63,938 nt of DNA, filler included, from Reclinomonas americana ATCC 50394 (GCA_048213135.1; 13 parts of 13 records of this genome joined end to end with filler, not necessarily neighbours in it); one strand, 5' to 3'; numbered from the whole stretch's first letter, positions 45,320 to 58,329 are shown. Notes: generated by a model from the sequence alone, not told the origin. Translations and numbers: made by a program.

Positions 45320-48300
45320 TCATCTCGGTGACTCGCGCGACATGTGTTGCGGAGTGCCGGGGGATCCGCTCATTGGATTGAGGTAGTTGCGTGCCGGCGA
45401 TGGTGCCGCCGCCATGTGCGACTGTTGGTGTGGTGGCGGTGGTGGTGGCGGCGGGGGCATGATGGCCGGCATGGCCGCGTAATGTTGCCGCGGTGGCGAC
45501 GTTGGTGACGGTGAGTTGGCGTGCTGAGCTGCCATGAGCGCCAGCTGGTGGCTGTTGCGCGACGGCGGCGACTGCTGCGCCAGTGCCGGCGATGGCCGGT
45601 AGGGCAGGAGGGCCACGAGGCCCGAGTTGGTGTGCAGCAGTGGGTACTGCGGCGACGATGACATGGGTGATGGCATGGTGGCAGGCGACGAGGGGAAGAA
45701 GGCCGGCGACGGCGGCTCCTCCATCCACATGGGCGTCACGGGAGCGAAATTCGGCTGCGAGATAAGGCGATGAGTGGGCGGTTTTGCAGAGGCACGACAC
45801 GACACATGAGAGGAGGAACTCACCGACACCTTGTTGGCCTTCATGGCGCCAACCATGAGCTTGACGCGCTGATATCGGCGCCAGTAGACGCAGCTGAGGA
45901 ATATGATTAGGAAGAGCAGCATCGGGAGGCCCTGTGTGCAAAGATGGGGGTGAGTGAAGGGCATCGTCAAGTTGGGTCATCCGCAGGCATTGCGCAACGA
46001 CGGACAGCCCGACAATGAGGCCAATCTGATGGTGGTACACGGAGAGACAAGGAAAGTGTCAGATGGAGAATTGTGCGTTACCTCTTTGCATGCAAAACGC
46101 AACATTGGAGGAGCTCGTCCTGCTGGTGCTCGACGACTGGTCGGGAGTGGGCGTCGGCGTCGGTGTGGGTGTCGGCGTCGGCACCGTGCCTAGCTGGAGG
46201 GTGGTTGTCGACACTGTGGCTCCGTATGGTCCCGTGCCCGACCCGTTGACTGCCTGCGCTCTAAAGTAGTACTGTTGTCGCCGCGCGAGGGAGAGAGAGT
46301 GAGTCAGAGAGGGTGAGCATCACATGAGATGCGTGAACACAAAGGCACGCAACCAAGGTCAACGGCGCCAAGTTGTTGAGGGTCACCGACACGGTCACTG
46401 CTCGCACATGCACGTCGCGAGTCGATGACGCTGATGTTGCCGGTACCTGTGTTGTCACAACCACGGTGTCGAACGTTGGACTCGTGCAGTAGTCCACGTT
46501 GAGTGTTGTCAGCGTTGCGCCACCGTCCCACTGCAAAGTGAATGCCATGGTGATGGCTGTGGACGATGGCGTCGGCGTGGTGGCCGCGGGGAAAGGCGGC
46601 GTGGTGGCTGTGCCCTTGGTCCACAACACCGAGTCCGTGGGCAGGCTGTTGCCGAATGCAGAGCGCGCCAACACTCGGAAGTACATGACCGTCGACACGG
46701 AGACGGCGGAGACGTCAATCGACGTGGTCAACGTCGACACAACCACCTTGGTGGAGCCCGTGTAGTCTGGCTGAGTGGCCCGCTCGAGCTGTCACCCGTC
46801 GACGTGAGTACAGACATATATCAGCCTCATATTCTCACTCGCTGCTACAAACAAACCTCGTACACCTCGGCCGGAGGATTCTGCGTGAGATTGCACGATG
46901 CTGCGTCAGCCAACAACCAGAAGAGGAGCATCATTACTCCATGCATGCGACAAACCGTGCTGGATGTTGTCTGGTACGACGGTTGCCAGGAAAGTGTCAG
47001 TGCGTTGGCCACAAAATTGGAGACACACAGCGAGAGTGGTCGATGAGGCGGTCCGCGCACGGAAGACACTGCGACGAGAGGAGGCCATCAGCAACAGCAG
47101 CCAGACGCGAGGGGCCCCGTGAACATCGAACCTGCCGAGGTGGTAAATGTGACCGACACTGACGGCAACGACGTGCCAGAGGAGTTGGCCGCAGAAATGC
47201 GAACAAAGTAGCCAGTGGCATCGAACAGATCGCCAATGGTCAGTGTCTGCGGATTCTGCGAGACGCGGGACACTGTCTGCACCGCCACCGTCACACACCA
47301 CACCGCGTCAGCACACCGCCACATGAGCTCGGCAAACACATCATCACCGCACGCAACAACAGTGCTCGTCATGGGGGTGTACCCGACAGCTGCTGGGTAC
47401 GCGGCGCTGCGACTCCACTGCAGCGTGAACGTAGTTGGCAGTGGCGTCACGGAGGGATTGTTCCATGACAGAACCACCGTGCTCGATGTGATCTGTGCGT
47501 GTCGCAGTCAATCAGTTGATAGAATGCCACCATGTAGCCGACAGGTACACTGCAACCAACCGAGGACGCCGCGAGACCAGTGGGGGTGTCCGGCACGCCG
47601 GTCAAGTCGGCAACATTGGAGAAACTCTGACTACGCGTCACCAGCCCTGCGTGGAGGAGGAATGTTTGTATGCGCTGCTGTGACGCTCATGTACGCTGCT
47701 GAATACCCACCAAAAGAGTTCAAAAACTCGGACTTGAAGTAGAACTTGGAGCCGACCTCCAGCGCCGACAGCACCATGGTGGAACTGGCGCCGGCGACTG
47801 TGGCGTCGGCCTGTGTGCTGATGTAGTTGCCCTCTGTCGGAGTCGCAGATCCAGTGACCTTGTAGATACGTAATCTGCACACGACCGGCTGAGTGCATGA
47901 CGGATACACGCTCGTCAGCCAGTCTCACCACCACTCACCTCCGCTGGGTGACCGTCGCGCCCTCGCCGCCAGCATACTGCGGATGGAACAACGTGACAGT
48001 TACAGTGGTTCCGGAGGCGACAGCGGTGGGATTGGAAATGCCAATGGGTCCAATCACAATGTTGGTGCCGGAAAGCACCAGCGAGAAGTCCTGAGCGCCC
48101 GACGGCGTCGACTGTGCGTACACCTTGGCGGTGTATGTGCCCGCCGGCACTCCAGTCATGAGGATCTTCTCCGTCGTGTTCAGTGCGTCCACGGCCACCT
48201 GTATCATCATCGTCAGGACGATGAAAGGGCAGAGGGAGAGATAGCGGGAGACGACAAGGGCGCAACAATGGTCGAAAACAGCTGATTGCCGATTTGCTGC

Positions 48301-51300
48301 ACCGTGCCGGTGTCATCCGGTCCAGCAATCACCGACAGATTGAGATCTGAAACAATGGCCTTGCTGCCGCCGGCGGCCACCGAGCTGGGCGGGTAACTGT
48401 GCAGCAAAGTGATGAGATAAACAGAGTGAATGAATAGTCGAAATAGTCAGCCTTTGCACGAAACTCGGTCCAGCACAGAGTGAGGGAGAGGGATGCAGAG
48501 CCTCCGGCGACAACCACAAACGACGCGAGAAATGAGCCACCGGCAACCAGCGATGTGGTCTCCGCGGCAAGGACCAGCGTTCTAGTGGACAAGATAGGTA
48601 CACAAAGGGTAAGCAGACTGACAACATGCCGCGGCGGCATGTCCATATTTTAGCTCACCTCGGGTACACGCCAGTGGCCGACATGATGTTGCTGAGGTTG
48701 ATCCTTCCGTAGCCCTGCAGCTCACTGTTCTGCCGATTTGACAGCGTGTTGACGGCCGCCTGCCCGTTGCCACTAACTGCTCACACGCTTTGTCAGCTGC
48801 TTCATCAAAGGACAACACATCAAAGCACCCAACAAACCGTCGCCTCCATACTGCAGAGCAACACAGAGAAGTCAGACAAGTGTCACCAACCCACTCAACA
48901 CCACAATTCTCTCAATGAGAACTCACCAGCCCAGTGACTTGTGCGGCTGCGTTGATCAGTGTGGCTCGAATCAGCGACGCCGGTGGAGCACTGAACGGCA
49001 CACCCACCGACGACGAATTCGGATTGAAGGGATACTTGGAGCGATACCACTGGCGAATGAGAGTGGCTGCGCCGGTCACCGCTCCCGCCGCCATGCTGGT
49101 GCCCTGCAGGGACACGGTGGCGGCCGCCGCATTTGTCACTGCACAGATGCGCCAGGTGAGCAGTGGCTTCCACGGCAAAAGAAATGCGGTGCATCACGCA
49201 ACAATCGGCCGTGGCTCCCGTGCCGCAGCTGTTACCGGTACTGTCGGCAAAGCTCTTGGCACTGATCAAGTCGCCCCTGTTACCAAAATAATGAGCGACG
49301 ACTGCCAGCGCAGACGCACTGTGACATGTCACGCAACGGTGCAACCACAGTGACGCCGTAGCGACCGTCGGTGGTCGGACCACGCGACGAAAAGTACTCC
49401 ATGTTGTTGGCGTCGGCGGCATTCAACGTCGCACCCACCGACATGATATTCTTGGCCGACGCCTCACGCCTGCAAGCCAACAAGGGTGAGTGCACACGAT
49501 GCACAAACCTCGCAAGTGAGACGGGCGAACGCACGTGAGGCTCGGTACCGTGGGACCATTGTTGGAGGCAGCAAACACCACCAGCGTGTCCTGCAGATGG
49601 CACACGATGTGAGGGCAAGAAACAATGGCAGAAACCAACATGCACACACACACACACCTTGTTGCTGTTTGCAAACTGGTCAATGGCCATGCTGTTGGCC
49701 GAGTACTGACCATAGTCGTTGGGTGTGCCGGCACCCCACGAATTGTTGATAATGTATGCGCCGTTTCTGCGCATGCCACCCAGATACTGGCCATTGAGAT
49801 CGGGCGGTGTGTGCAACGCCGTGTTGTCGCACACGCCGCCGGGCAGGCCGGCACAGTCGCACGCGATATTCGCCGGACACGCGCAGCCGCTCATGGACGA
49901 GCACTGCAGGTCGAAGAAGACTACCTTGGAGCGCGGAGCAAGTCCATTGTATGCCGCCAGTTGGGAGCTGGACGGTGTGGCGTTGCCCTTGATGGAGCCC
50001 ACCTGTGCGACACGAAGTGAATACAAGCACATGGGAGGGGTACATGGGAGGGGTACACATGAAAGAAACACACCACATGTGTGCCATGAGCACCGTCGAC
50101 GACCTACACGACAGCAAAAACGTGAGCAAATCATGTGAGCACACAGCAGCGGCACAGAAGCGGTCGCACGAAACCTCGGCACGATCCATCCAGTCAAAGT
50201 AGCCAGCGAGGGCGCGGTGGGTGGACGGTGTGAAGAGGACAGTCGGATCGCGCGAGAACGAGAAATTGTTGTTGTCGTTAAAGTAGCAGGAGCGATAGTC
50301 CAGCCCCGAGTCACCCGCGCCTTGACGAACAGAAAGTGAGCAGATGGAAGGCAAGCAAAGATTTCCAGAAAGCACGTACCAATCGTCTCGCTAAAGCCAT
50401 CGAGAAGCGCGGAGAACGGCTCACTGTTCTGGAGACCGGTCTGCACAATCGAGCGCATGTCCCGGTTCATGGGTCGAATCGGCGCCGCCACATCGACCCA
50501 AATGGTACGCCGGTGCTGTGCTAGCACCGATACCGCGGCAGCAGCCTGCTCCTCATCGACAAACAGCGATATCACATGACCCGTTGCACGCATCCAGTGA
50601 TGGACTGCACGATGGTCGGCGTCAGCTCACTTGCTCTTCCCTCCATCTTTCTTCTCCCCCTTGATCCACTCACCCGTCACACCCGCCTCCCGCAGCTGCT
50701 GCACCAACTCCTGCGCGAATCCACTCAACAGCGAATCATCTCGATCGACAGCACCCTCCACTTGCAGGTGCACACGCGACTGCACCGGTGCGCCACGGAC
50801 TCGTCGCACGTGCGCCACAAACGACAGCGCACCCGCCTCGCCCGTCTCCAGCGCCCTGGCCGCCTTGGATCTCCGATTGAACACTGTCGCATGCTCGGCA
50901 ACCCACACAGTCACCAGCTCACGTTCCACTGCGCGCATCGCTCGTGCCGACGCCAGCACCAGATACGCATTGTCGGGCACATACAAGACCGAGTATCGCG
51001 CATACAAGTCGTCCACTGACTCGACCGCAGCACTCCCTTCGTCCTCACGCTGAAGGACTCGCGCAATGCGTTCGCGCAAAGCTGGACTCGCTCTCGGAGA
51101 ATCCCGCCCCGTCAGCGCCACCACAAACAATCGCTTCTCGCTGTCACTCGAGGTCGATGTCGACGTCCAGTGCAACGTCACTCGCGTGTCGACCACGTGC
51201 CCACCGAGATGCACAAGTGCGACATTGTGCTGCTGTGTCATGAATGAGTGAGTGAATAACGATCAACAACAGTTCGGACATTTTCACGCTTTCTCATGCA

Positions 51301-51423
51301 TGGTGCTGCTCTCACCTCTGTGTCACTGTGGGCGTGTGCAGTCGCGAGGGAGAGACATGCGAGTGTCACCAGCAGCAACAGCAGTGACAGTAATGACGCA
51401 GTGTGCCACTGATTTTGCGTCAT
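45320..51423 (-). CDS. Type I membrane subtilisin-like serine protease: signal peptide, prodomain, S8 domain (KP-43/Tag-like), beta-sandwich, several FN3 repeats, TP linker, TM helix, Pro-rich tail
   Basis: Catalytic motifs GDSGLD, HGTHV|VGS and GTSMAA; NNSWG, FAASN, AKNIMSVGA, FSSRGPTTDGR, LCWTD, DLNLSV; FN3 ends YFVRISAANSSGTS, YFRVLARSAFGNS, YYFRAQAVNGSGTG; TM IGLIVGLSV|GLPMLLFLIIFLSCVYWRR. Confidence 0.88.
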
Positions 51424-51596
51424 GTGTGCTCTCTCTCTCTCTCTCTCTTGTTCACTCGCTTGCTCGTTCGCTCTCCGCTGAACGTGAACAGGGAAGGCAG
51501 GAGAGAGGGAGGGAGGCAGAGGGAGAGATAAAGAAGAACGACACGCTGCAAGAAATGAGGGGACGGATAGGAGTCGCGACGCTCAACAGGACTTCA

Positions 51597-54500
51597 TTAA
51601 TCTTCTCCGAAGTCATCTTCTTCGTCGTCGTCTTCATCCTCGTCGTCCATGAGTACACGGGAGCGGCGAGCGGATGCTACCGGTGGCGGTGGTGGAGGAG
51701 GAGTTGCCGGTGCCGCTGCAGTCGCTGCTGGAGGAGCGGCTGCGGAAAGGGTGTGACGCTCGGTGCTCTGCCACACGTTTTCCTCATCATCATCGTCGTC
51801 GTGATCGTGCTTGATCTCGTTGGCTGGCACAGGTGCTGCGGTCGACGAGGACGACGGTCCAGCTGCGCAGGAGCCGGCGACAAAATCCGCAAACTCGTGG
51901 CAGCGCAGAAACGCGCCGGCTGGCAAATTCAAGGCCATGCCCGAGTTCTCGCAGCGGCGCATGTAGCTCAACACCCAGCCCCACGTGCGGCTCTCGGTCA
52001 GTGCATGCTCCGATCCGATCAGCATCAGGTGCCTGTGCTTGCATGAGTGCGCGCGGACACAGGAAAATCAAGAAAGGGACATCCTCACCGTCGAGCCCGG
52101 GTCAGCGCCACGTTCATGCGCTTCTTGGCGTCGACAAAGCCGAGCGAGGCCGTACGACAGCACGAGATAATGACAATGTCCTTTTCGGCACCCTGAAACG
52201 CGTCCACGGTCGACACCTCCAGCAGCGACTTGCGCTTCTTGCTCATGGCGCCGCACTCCTCCAGTTTCTCGCAGATCCGCGTCGCTTGCGCCTTGTCTGT
52301 CGCACTCGTCAGTCAGAATGTGTCGCCAACCGTGACGCACACAAACGCAACAGAGCGCCACCACGCCAATGGACTCTTGCGGCACACCGGCCTTCAGCAG
52401 CATGGTCACGGCGTGCACGGCCACCGTGGCCTCCAACTCGTTGAAGACACTCTTGCTGCCGGAACGCACCTGCTCACGGCCGTCCACGCAATTGACAAAC
52501 AGCAGTGGCGGCAGACCTGCTACCACCGCCGGTCGCTGCTCCGCGGTGATGCCGTCGACCAGCTTGAGGCCATAGAACAACTCGTTGGAGATGCGTGAGA
52601 TCACCGGATGGCACCGGTACTGCGTGCGCAGAATGACCACCGGCAGTCCGCAGTTGCGCAGGCGCACAAACAGCGCCTTGTCGATCCCCTGACCGGCGTC
52701 GCGGTCACTTGCTTCGCCGCCACCGGGCAGCGTCGGCGACAACTGGTTCGGATCGCCGATCGCCATCTGCACAGCCGTGTATCAACAACAACAACAACAA
52801 CACAGTGCACTCTCTGTCTGACGTGTCACGGGTACCAGCTTGCGGCATCCAAAATTGAGCGGAATCAGCGTCATGGGTTCCACACACTGACTGGCTTCGT
52901 CAAAGAGCACCACACTGAACTTGAGATCCATGTCCTGCAGCTGCTGGCAACTGGCGCACGTCGTGCCGACCACACGCGCTTGCGCCAGCAGCTGCCGTCG
53001 GTCGGCCGACGACTTGTTCTGCAGCATGGAGAGGGCCTGCCAAAAAAACACGGAGAGTGTGAGTAGTCAGCGATCCACAGGAAAGAGAGAGGAAAAACAA
53101 ACCTTCTTCACGCTGGCCTTTTCCGCTGGCGTCGCGGCCTCCCGCATCATGTCGTTGAGCGACTTGATTTCCTCCGACACCGACTCGCCCGCGGACAAGG
53201 CCGACAGCGTGTACGACAGCATGGACCGCGCAATGCGGCGCACACTGCCCACGCGCACGAATTCCGAGCACTTGCGCTCGGCAAGGCCCTCCAGAATGTG
53301 ATCCACGGCCACGTTGGTGACCGACGACACGAGGATGCGCTCCGTTGGATCGAGCACGCGCAACAGCAGCTCAATCACGCTGACCAGCAGGCGACTCTTG
53401 CCGGCACCAAACACACCATGCACCAGCAGCACGCTGGAGGTCTGTGGGGCGGCCGCGCCGCTGCAAAAGGTACCGGGCAGTACCCAGTCGGCCACCCGAT
53501 GCAGCACCGCCAGCTGGTCGGGATTCAGCGTGTACTCGCGCGCATACCGCTCCACCTCGGAGCGCAGCGCATCCGGCGTCAGCGTGCCCCGACCGGTCAC
53601 TCGCACCAACGGTGTGGACACATCCTGGCCGGACACCAGCGTCGGCAACAGCGGCAGGCGCTCCTCGGTCAGCGACGCGAGCGTGTCAATCATCTGCGAT
53701 GGATTGGGTGAGAAACAATGGCGGCTCGTGTGATGCACAGGATGCTGGGTCACGCAACGTGGAACACTGAGGAGAGATTGGTGGCGCGGATCGCCACCAT
53801 GCCACCGCGAATGGGCTCACTGAACCTCCGTGCCGAGCCCGACAAAATCGAAACCTCCACGAGGCTGTCGGAGGTGGGGCCGAAGAACACGGAGCGACAC
53901 AGCAGAGTGTCGAGGTTGCCTTTGCCGTCCGGTCGCAACACGATCCACAGGTCGTCTTTGGCATAACTGTGAGCACGATGTGAGTGACGAGTGGCGCTTC
54001 ATGAACGGCAACAAAACAACACGCAACCTGGTCGACTGTTCCGGGTCGACAATGTGGATAAAGTACGACGTGCCCACACTCACTCGCTCGCCACCGCCAC
54101 CGCCGCTGCCACTGCCACTGCTATTGCTGCTGCTGCAGCCAGGGAGAATGCGTCAACACGTCACTTTCCCACGTAACCGCTGATTTTCCACGACTGCAGG
54201 CTCACCGTTCGCGCGAGACCAGCGTGGTCTCAATGTAAAACGGCACACCAGCCGCTCGCATGTGGGCGGTGAGCGACGAATCGGCGTGTGCCAGCACCGA
54301 CAGATCTTTCAGCGGCGGCGCACGGGAGGAACCACCGCGCCCCTCTGCAAGCTTGTGTGAGCATCGAAGCCGCAGCCACCATGCCCCACTCGGTCCACGG
54401 CAACGCAACTCGGTGCACCACTGAAACCCTTGGCAGCGCCGCCGCCGCCGGCGCCAGCGCCACCGCCGCCACCTGCGCCGTCGGCCCACTTGAAGTAGTC

Positions 54501-56148
54501 GCACTTGCGCAAAGGACAGTGAAAGTAGGACCTCCCTGCAAGCACCCAGTCAGCGACTGTGCTGGTTGTGGGCATCTCTGTTGCAACACGAACCCTTGTT
54601 TTTGCCGTCCTTGTTCACCACACCCCGCTTCGGTGTGCCGTGCGGACATTGCCCGCCGCCGCCGCCGCCTCCTCCAGCGCCGCCGGCGATCACATACTGC
54701 GAGAGGGCGGTGCTGGTGGTGGCGGCGAGGCCGGCCAGCTGCAGATTGATCTCCTCGACCAGCGCCGAACAGAATCGACACTGGTAGTCCTTCAGCGAGA
54801 TGAACTTGTCGGGAATGAGGACTTGACGACGCTGCACGGGTGGCGCATCGATCAGCGGCGGAAACGTGAGTGAGCGCCACCATTCGCCCTCTGCCGACAC
54901 AGCCACGCGCGGCGGCGGTGGTGGAATGTACACGGCGGAGGAGGAGGAATAGGAGGCAGTTGGCTGCGTCGAGGTCACCGATGTGTTGGTGAATGCCGGA
55001 CGCTTCGCTCGCTCCATGGCCTCCAGTGGGTCCTCATCCATCGGCATCGGCTGGTACATGCGCGAGGCGGCAGCTGGCGGTGGTGGTGGTAGTGTAGGTG
55101 CACCAGGTTGCTGACGCTGTTGCAGTCGCCGAGCAATGACAGCGTTGAGATCCACACTCATCAGAAAGTCGTCGTCCACCAGGCTGCTCTCAATGTCATG
55201 CGCGCCACTGTGTCTCGGTGGCGACGGCGGCGGTGCAAGACCACGCAGACGCATCACAATGTCGGGAGCTGTGTGAATCATTTGTCATCATCATCATCGC
55301 AGACAACATGACAAAACACATGGGATGGGGCGGTACGCACTTGCTCGACCGCCGGGCGGTGGCGATCGTATCAGCGGTCCACCAGTGACCACTGCTGCCT
55401 GTGTCACAGCACTCCTGCATCACCCATCTCCAGTGAGCAAGCAACAGCCACACACACGCGGTGACACACCCCACAGAGACGAACCCGAGTTGTCGCTCTG
55501 GCGACAAGCGCACATCGCGTCGCTTGGTCGCCGGCGACACGGTGTTTGCCGACGCCCAGTCACTCGCCACTCTACTCTGCTGCTGCGGTTGTTGCTGTTG
55601 TTGCTGCTGTGCGGCTCCCAACGCAGGCGACACGACCGACGAGAGTGGTCTCTTGCGCGACACTGCTGGCGCAGCAGCTGGCTGCGCAAGGGCAGGCGAC
55701 CGAAATGCCGCGCGCGCCTGCTGTGTCACTGCTGTGGAGGGTGCTGGCGGCAGTGGCACCAGCGGCTGTCGCATCTTCGAGGCCATCTGCGTGACAGAGA
55801 GTGAGAGGAGGCAGGCGCGCAACACGCACACGATCAATGCATGATCGCACTTTGGGCTCATCATCAATCTGCACAATGCACGAGTCCAATCGCACTTCCT
55901 CGCCCACACACAGTGCGCTCTCGTTGAGAATGGCCGACGCCACAAACTCGCCACGATCATCCAGCACTGTAAACTGCACGCATGCACACACACGTGTTTG
56001 TGTAAACAAACACTCGCACACTCTTACAACACAATCGCATGCACTCCCGCACTTTATGCGAGTCCTCGTCCCACGTTGCGGTGCCATCTTGAAACGCCTT
56101 GGCCTTCTTTGTCAACTGCTTGGTCCACAGCACCACAAACTCTCTCAT
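51597..56148 (-). CDS. ZGRF1: ZGRF1-like 5'-3' DNA helicase (DUF2439 N-terminus, GRF zinc finger, Upf1-like SF1 helicase)
   Basis: MREFVVLWTKQLTKKAKAFQDG; CPHG...NKG|RSYFHCPLRKCDYFKWAD; YAKDDLWIV; HGVFGAGKS; DEASQ; GDPNQL; QYRCHP; TVDAFQG. Confidence 0.92.
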
Positions 56149-56222
56149 TCTTCACCACGATCACGACAGTGTTATTTATGAGGGAGAGAAAGAGAATTTT
56201 TGGCGGGAGACAAAGCATGACG

Positions 56223-57467
56223 TCACTTTCCCGCCGCCTTTCCACTCGCTGGTGCGACGCGCCGCGTAAATGCAGGCACCTTGTGTGAGCCAGCATATTG
56301 GCGCTGGTACTGCATGCGTTCCGGATCGACGGCGGCGCGTTGGGTAAACACTGGCGACTCCCACGGCATGCTCTTCTTGGCCGGTCGGGCGTACGATTGT
56401 GAGTTGGCGGTGGCGGCGGCTGCGGCTGCGGCAGCGGCGGTGGCTGAAGAGCTCCAGGTGCCGGTGGAGGGGCCAATGTCCTTGAGCACGCCGTAGGCGT
56501 TGTCGGACATCCAGGCTTCGAGTGACGACAGTGCCTCGCGTGCCGTGGAAATCGCTTGCATGGGGGCGTGACCGCGTGGCGCCGATAATGGCGCATCGGT
56601 GGTGGTGGACGACGACGCCGCACTGCTCCTGTGACTGGATGTTGGAGTGGCAAGGGTGACCATGTGCAGGGCACTCTTGGGCCGACCCGATAATGAGTTG
56701 TCGCGCGAGCTTACATGCGCCACCGAGCCACGCGTGCTCAACGTCTCCATCGGCACAACGCCATCGGCACTGTCCTCGCAGCAGCTGCCGGGCAAGAAGT
56801 GCGGAGAGAGGCGTGGCACGAGAGCAATCGACGGCCGCCGCTCGTGCAGCGGCGTGCTCATATCCTCGCCGGCAAAGCTGCCGTCTTCGCTGTCGAACTC
56901 GTCCAGCTTGAAATCAGTGTAAGGCGCCGGCACACGCGGCGCATCCAGATACGCACTGCCGTCGCGCAGCTCGTGTTTCGACAGGTGTCGCAGGTAGTCG
57001 ATACGGCGATTCATGGCGTGCGGGCTGCCACTGGAGCTCAGCGCCAGTGAAGGCCGTCGAACAAACGGCGGTGAAACCTCCACTCCGTAGTCCGATCCGC
57101 GCGACTGCATGGCGGCCGAGGTCGACATGCGACGACGAGCATGTGCAGCTGTCGGCCACGACATGGAGGGGCCGACGCTATCGGTCGCAGCGATACCGGT
57201 GGCGACAGAGGCATCGTCATGAACCAGCACTCGGCTGCAGAGCGAGCGCAGCTCGTCCAGCTGTTTCTGTGCCGTCGGTGAGCGCAGCAGGTTGTACGCC
57301 GACTGCGTCAACGACTCTTCCTCTCCACTCGCATGATCCGCATGAGCACCGCCCTGTGGCGTCGCCGTGGACGAGGCCGTCGCCGGCGACGTGGTCTCCT
57401 TGTCCACCATCACCGCACCACAAATCACCGTGCTCTCCCCCGCGGCCATGGCCTGCGTCATGGCCTC
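56223..57467 (-). CDS. Hypothetical Ser/Ala-rich protein (5'-partial)
   Basis: Open frame of >400 codons running off the contig end with coding-like composition; no family recognised. Confidence 0.55.
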   Translation of the reverse strand, partial: EAMTQAMAAGESTVICGAVMVDKETTSPATASSTATPQGGAHADHASGEEESLTQSAYNLLRSPTAQKQLDELRSLCSRVLVHDDASVATGIAATDSVGPSMSWPTAAHARRRMSTSAAMQSRGSDYGVEVSPPFVRRPSLALSSSGSPHAMNRRIDYLRHLSKHELRDGSAYLDAPRVPAPYTDFKLDEFDSEDGSFAGEDMSTPLHERRPSIALVPRLSPHFLPGSCCEDSADGVVPMETLSTRGSVAHVSSRDNSLSGRPKSALHMVTLATPTSSHRSSAASSSTTTDAPLSAPRGHAPMQAISTAREALSSLEAWMSDNAYGVLKDIGPSTGTWSSSATAAAAAAAAATANSQSYARPAKKSMPWESPVFTQRAAVDPERMQYQRQYAGSHKVPAFTRRVAPASGKAAGK

Positions 57468-57567
57468 NNNNNNNNNNNNNNNNNNNNNNNNNNNNNNNNN
57501 NNNNNNNNNNNTTAATTAATTAANNNNNNNNNNNNNNNNNNNNNNNNNNNNNNNNNNNNNNNNNNNN

Positions 57568-58329
57568 AACCGACTGTGGGGCGGCGTCGTGCCCTGGCTC
57601 TACGTCAACAACACCAGCTTCCTGCGGGAGGAGAAGGCGAGCGGCGGCGACTGGTTCTGGAACCGCTTCTACCCGGATCAGCCGGCACGGAGCGGAGGAT
57701 ACGTCTGGCGGCAGGCGGACGCACTGAACGAGCACGCCGTCGAGAGCTTCTCCGTGCTCGAGAGCATGGTCTCCGAGGGCCTCGCTGCGAACCCCGCCCA
57801 GGGCGGTGGGAACGAGCTCGTCTCCCTGTTCTCGACGGGATCGGTCGGGATGACCCCCGCCGGAGGATTCTGGGTCCGGGGCCTCGACGAAGCGGGCGTG
57901 GCGAACGATGCCTACGACGTGACGTACTTCCCACGGATGGCGGGTCAGCGTCACCAGTTCGGTGCCGGAGGCTACGCGATCATGGAGACCTCGCCGCGCA
58001 AGGACGAGGCATGGGAGTGGCTCAAGTACTGCGTGTCCGTCGAGGGTATGACGATCGCCCACCCGAAGCCCGACTCGTCACTCCCCCGTCGCTCGCTCAA
58101 TGCGAAGCTGTACGGCGCGGGAGTGGGCCCCGACCACTGGCAGGTCTTCTACGACACGCTCGACAAGTTCCCCGACACTGGCCCCATGCCGGCACCGCCG
58201 CAGCAGGCTGCCGTCGAGTCCGCCCTGCTCAAGAACGTCGTGTCGACCATCACGAACGGGCCGTCCGGCGTGCGCCGCGGCCTCGAGACCATGCAGCGAG
58301 ATCTCGAACTCGCGTTGGGAGCACGATGA
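57568..58329 (+). CDS. Sugar ABC transporter substrate-binding protein (5'-partial), actinobacterial
   Basis: SBP_bac_1-like C-terminus (GYAIMETSPRKDEAWEWLKY); ATGA overlap with the downstream permease. Confidence 0.85.
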   Translation, partial: NRLWGGVVPWLYVNNTSFLREEKASGGDWFWNRFYPDQPARSGGYVWRQADALNEHAVESFSVLESMVSEGLAANPAQGGGNELVSLFSTGSVGMTPAGGFWVRGLDEAGVANDAYDVTYFPRMAGQRHQFGAGGYAIMETSPRKDEAWEWLKYCVSVEGMTIAHPKPDSSLPRRSLNAKLYGAGVGPDHWQVFYDTLDKFPDTGPMPAPPQQAAVESALLKNVVSTITNGPSGVRRGLETMQRDLELALGAR

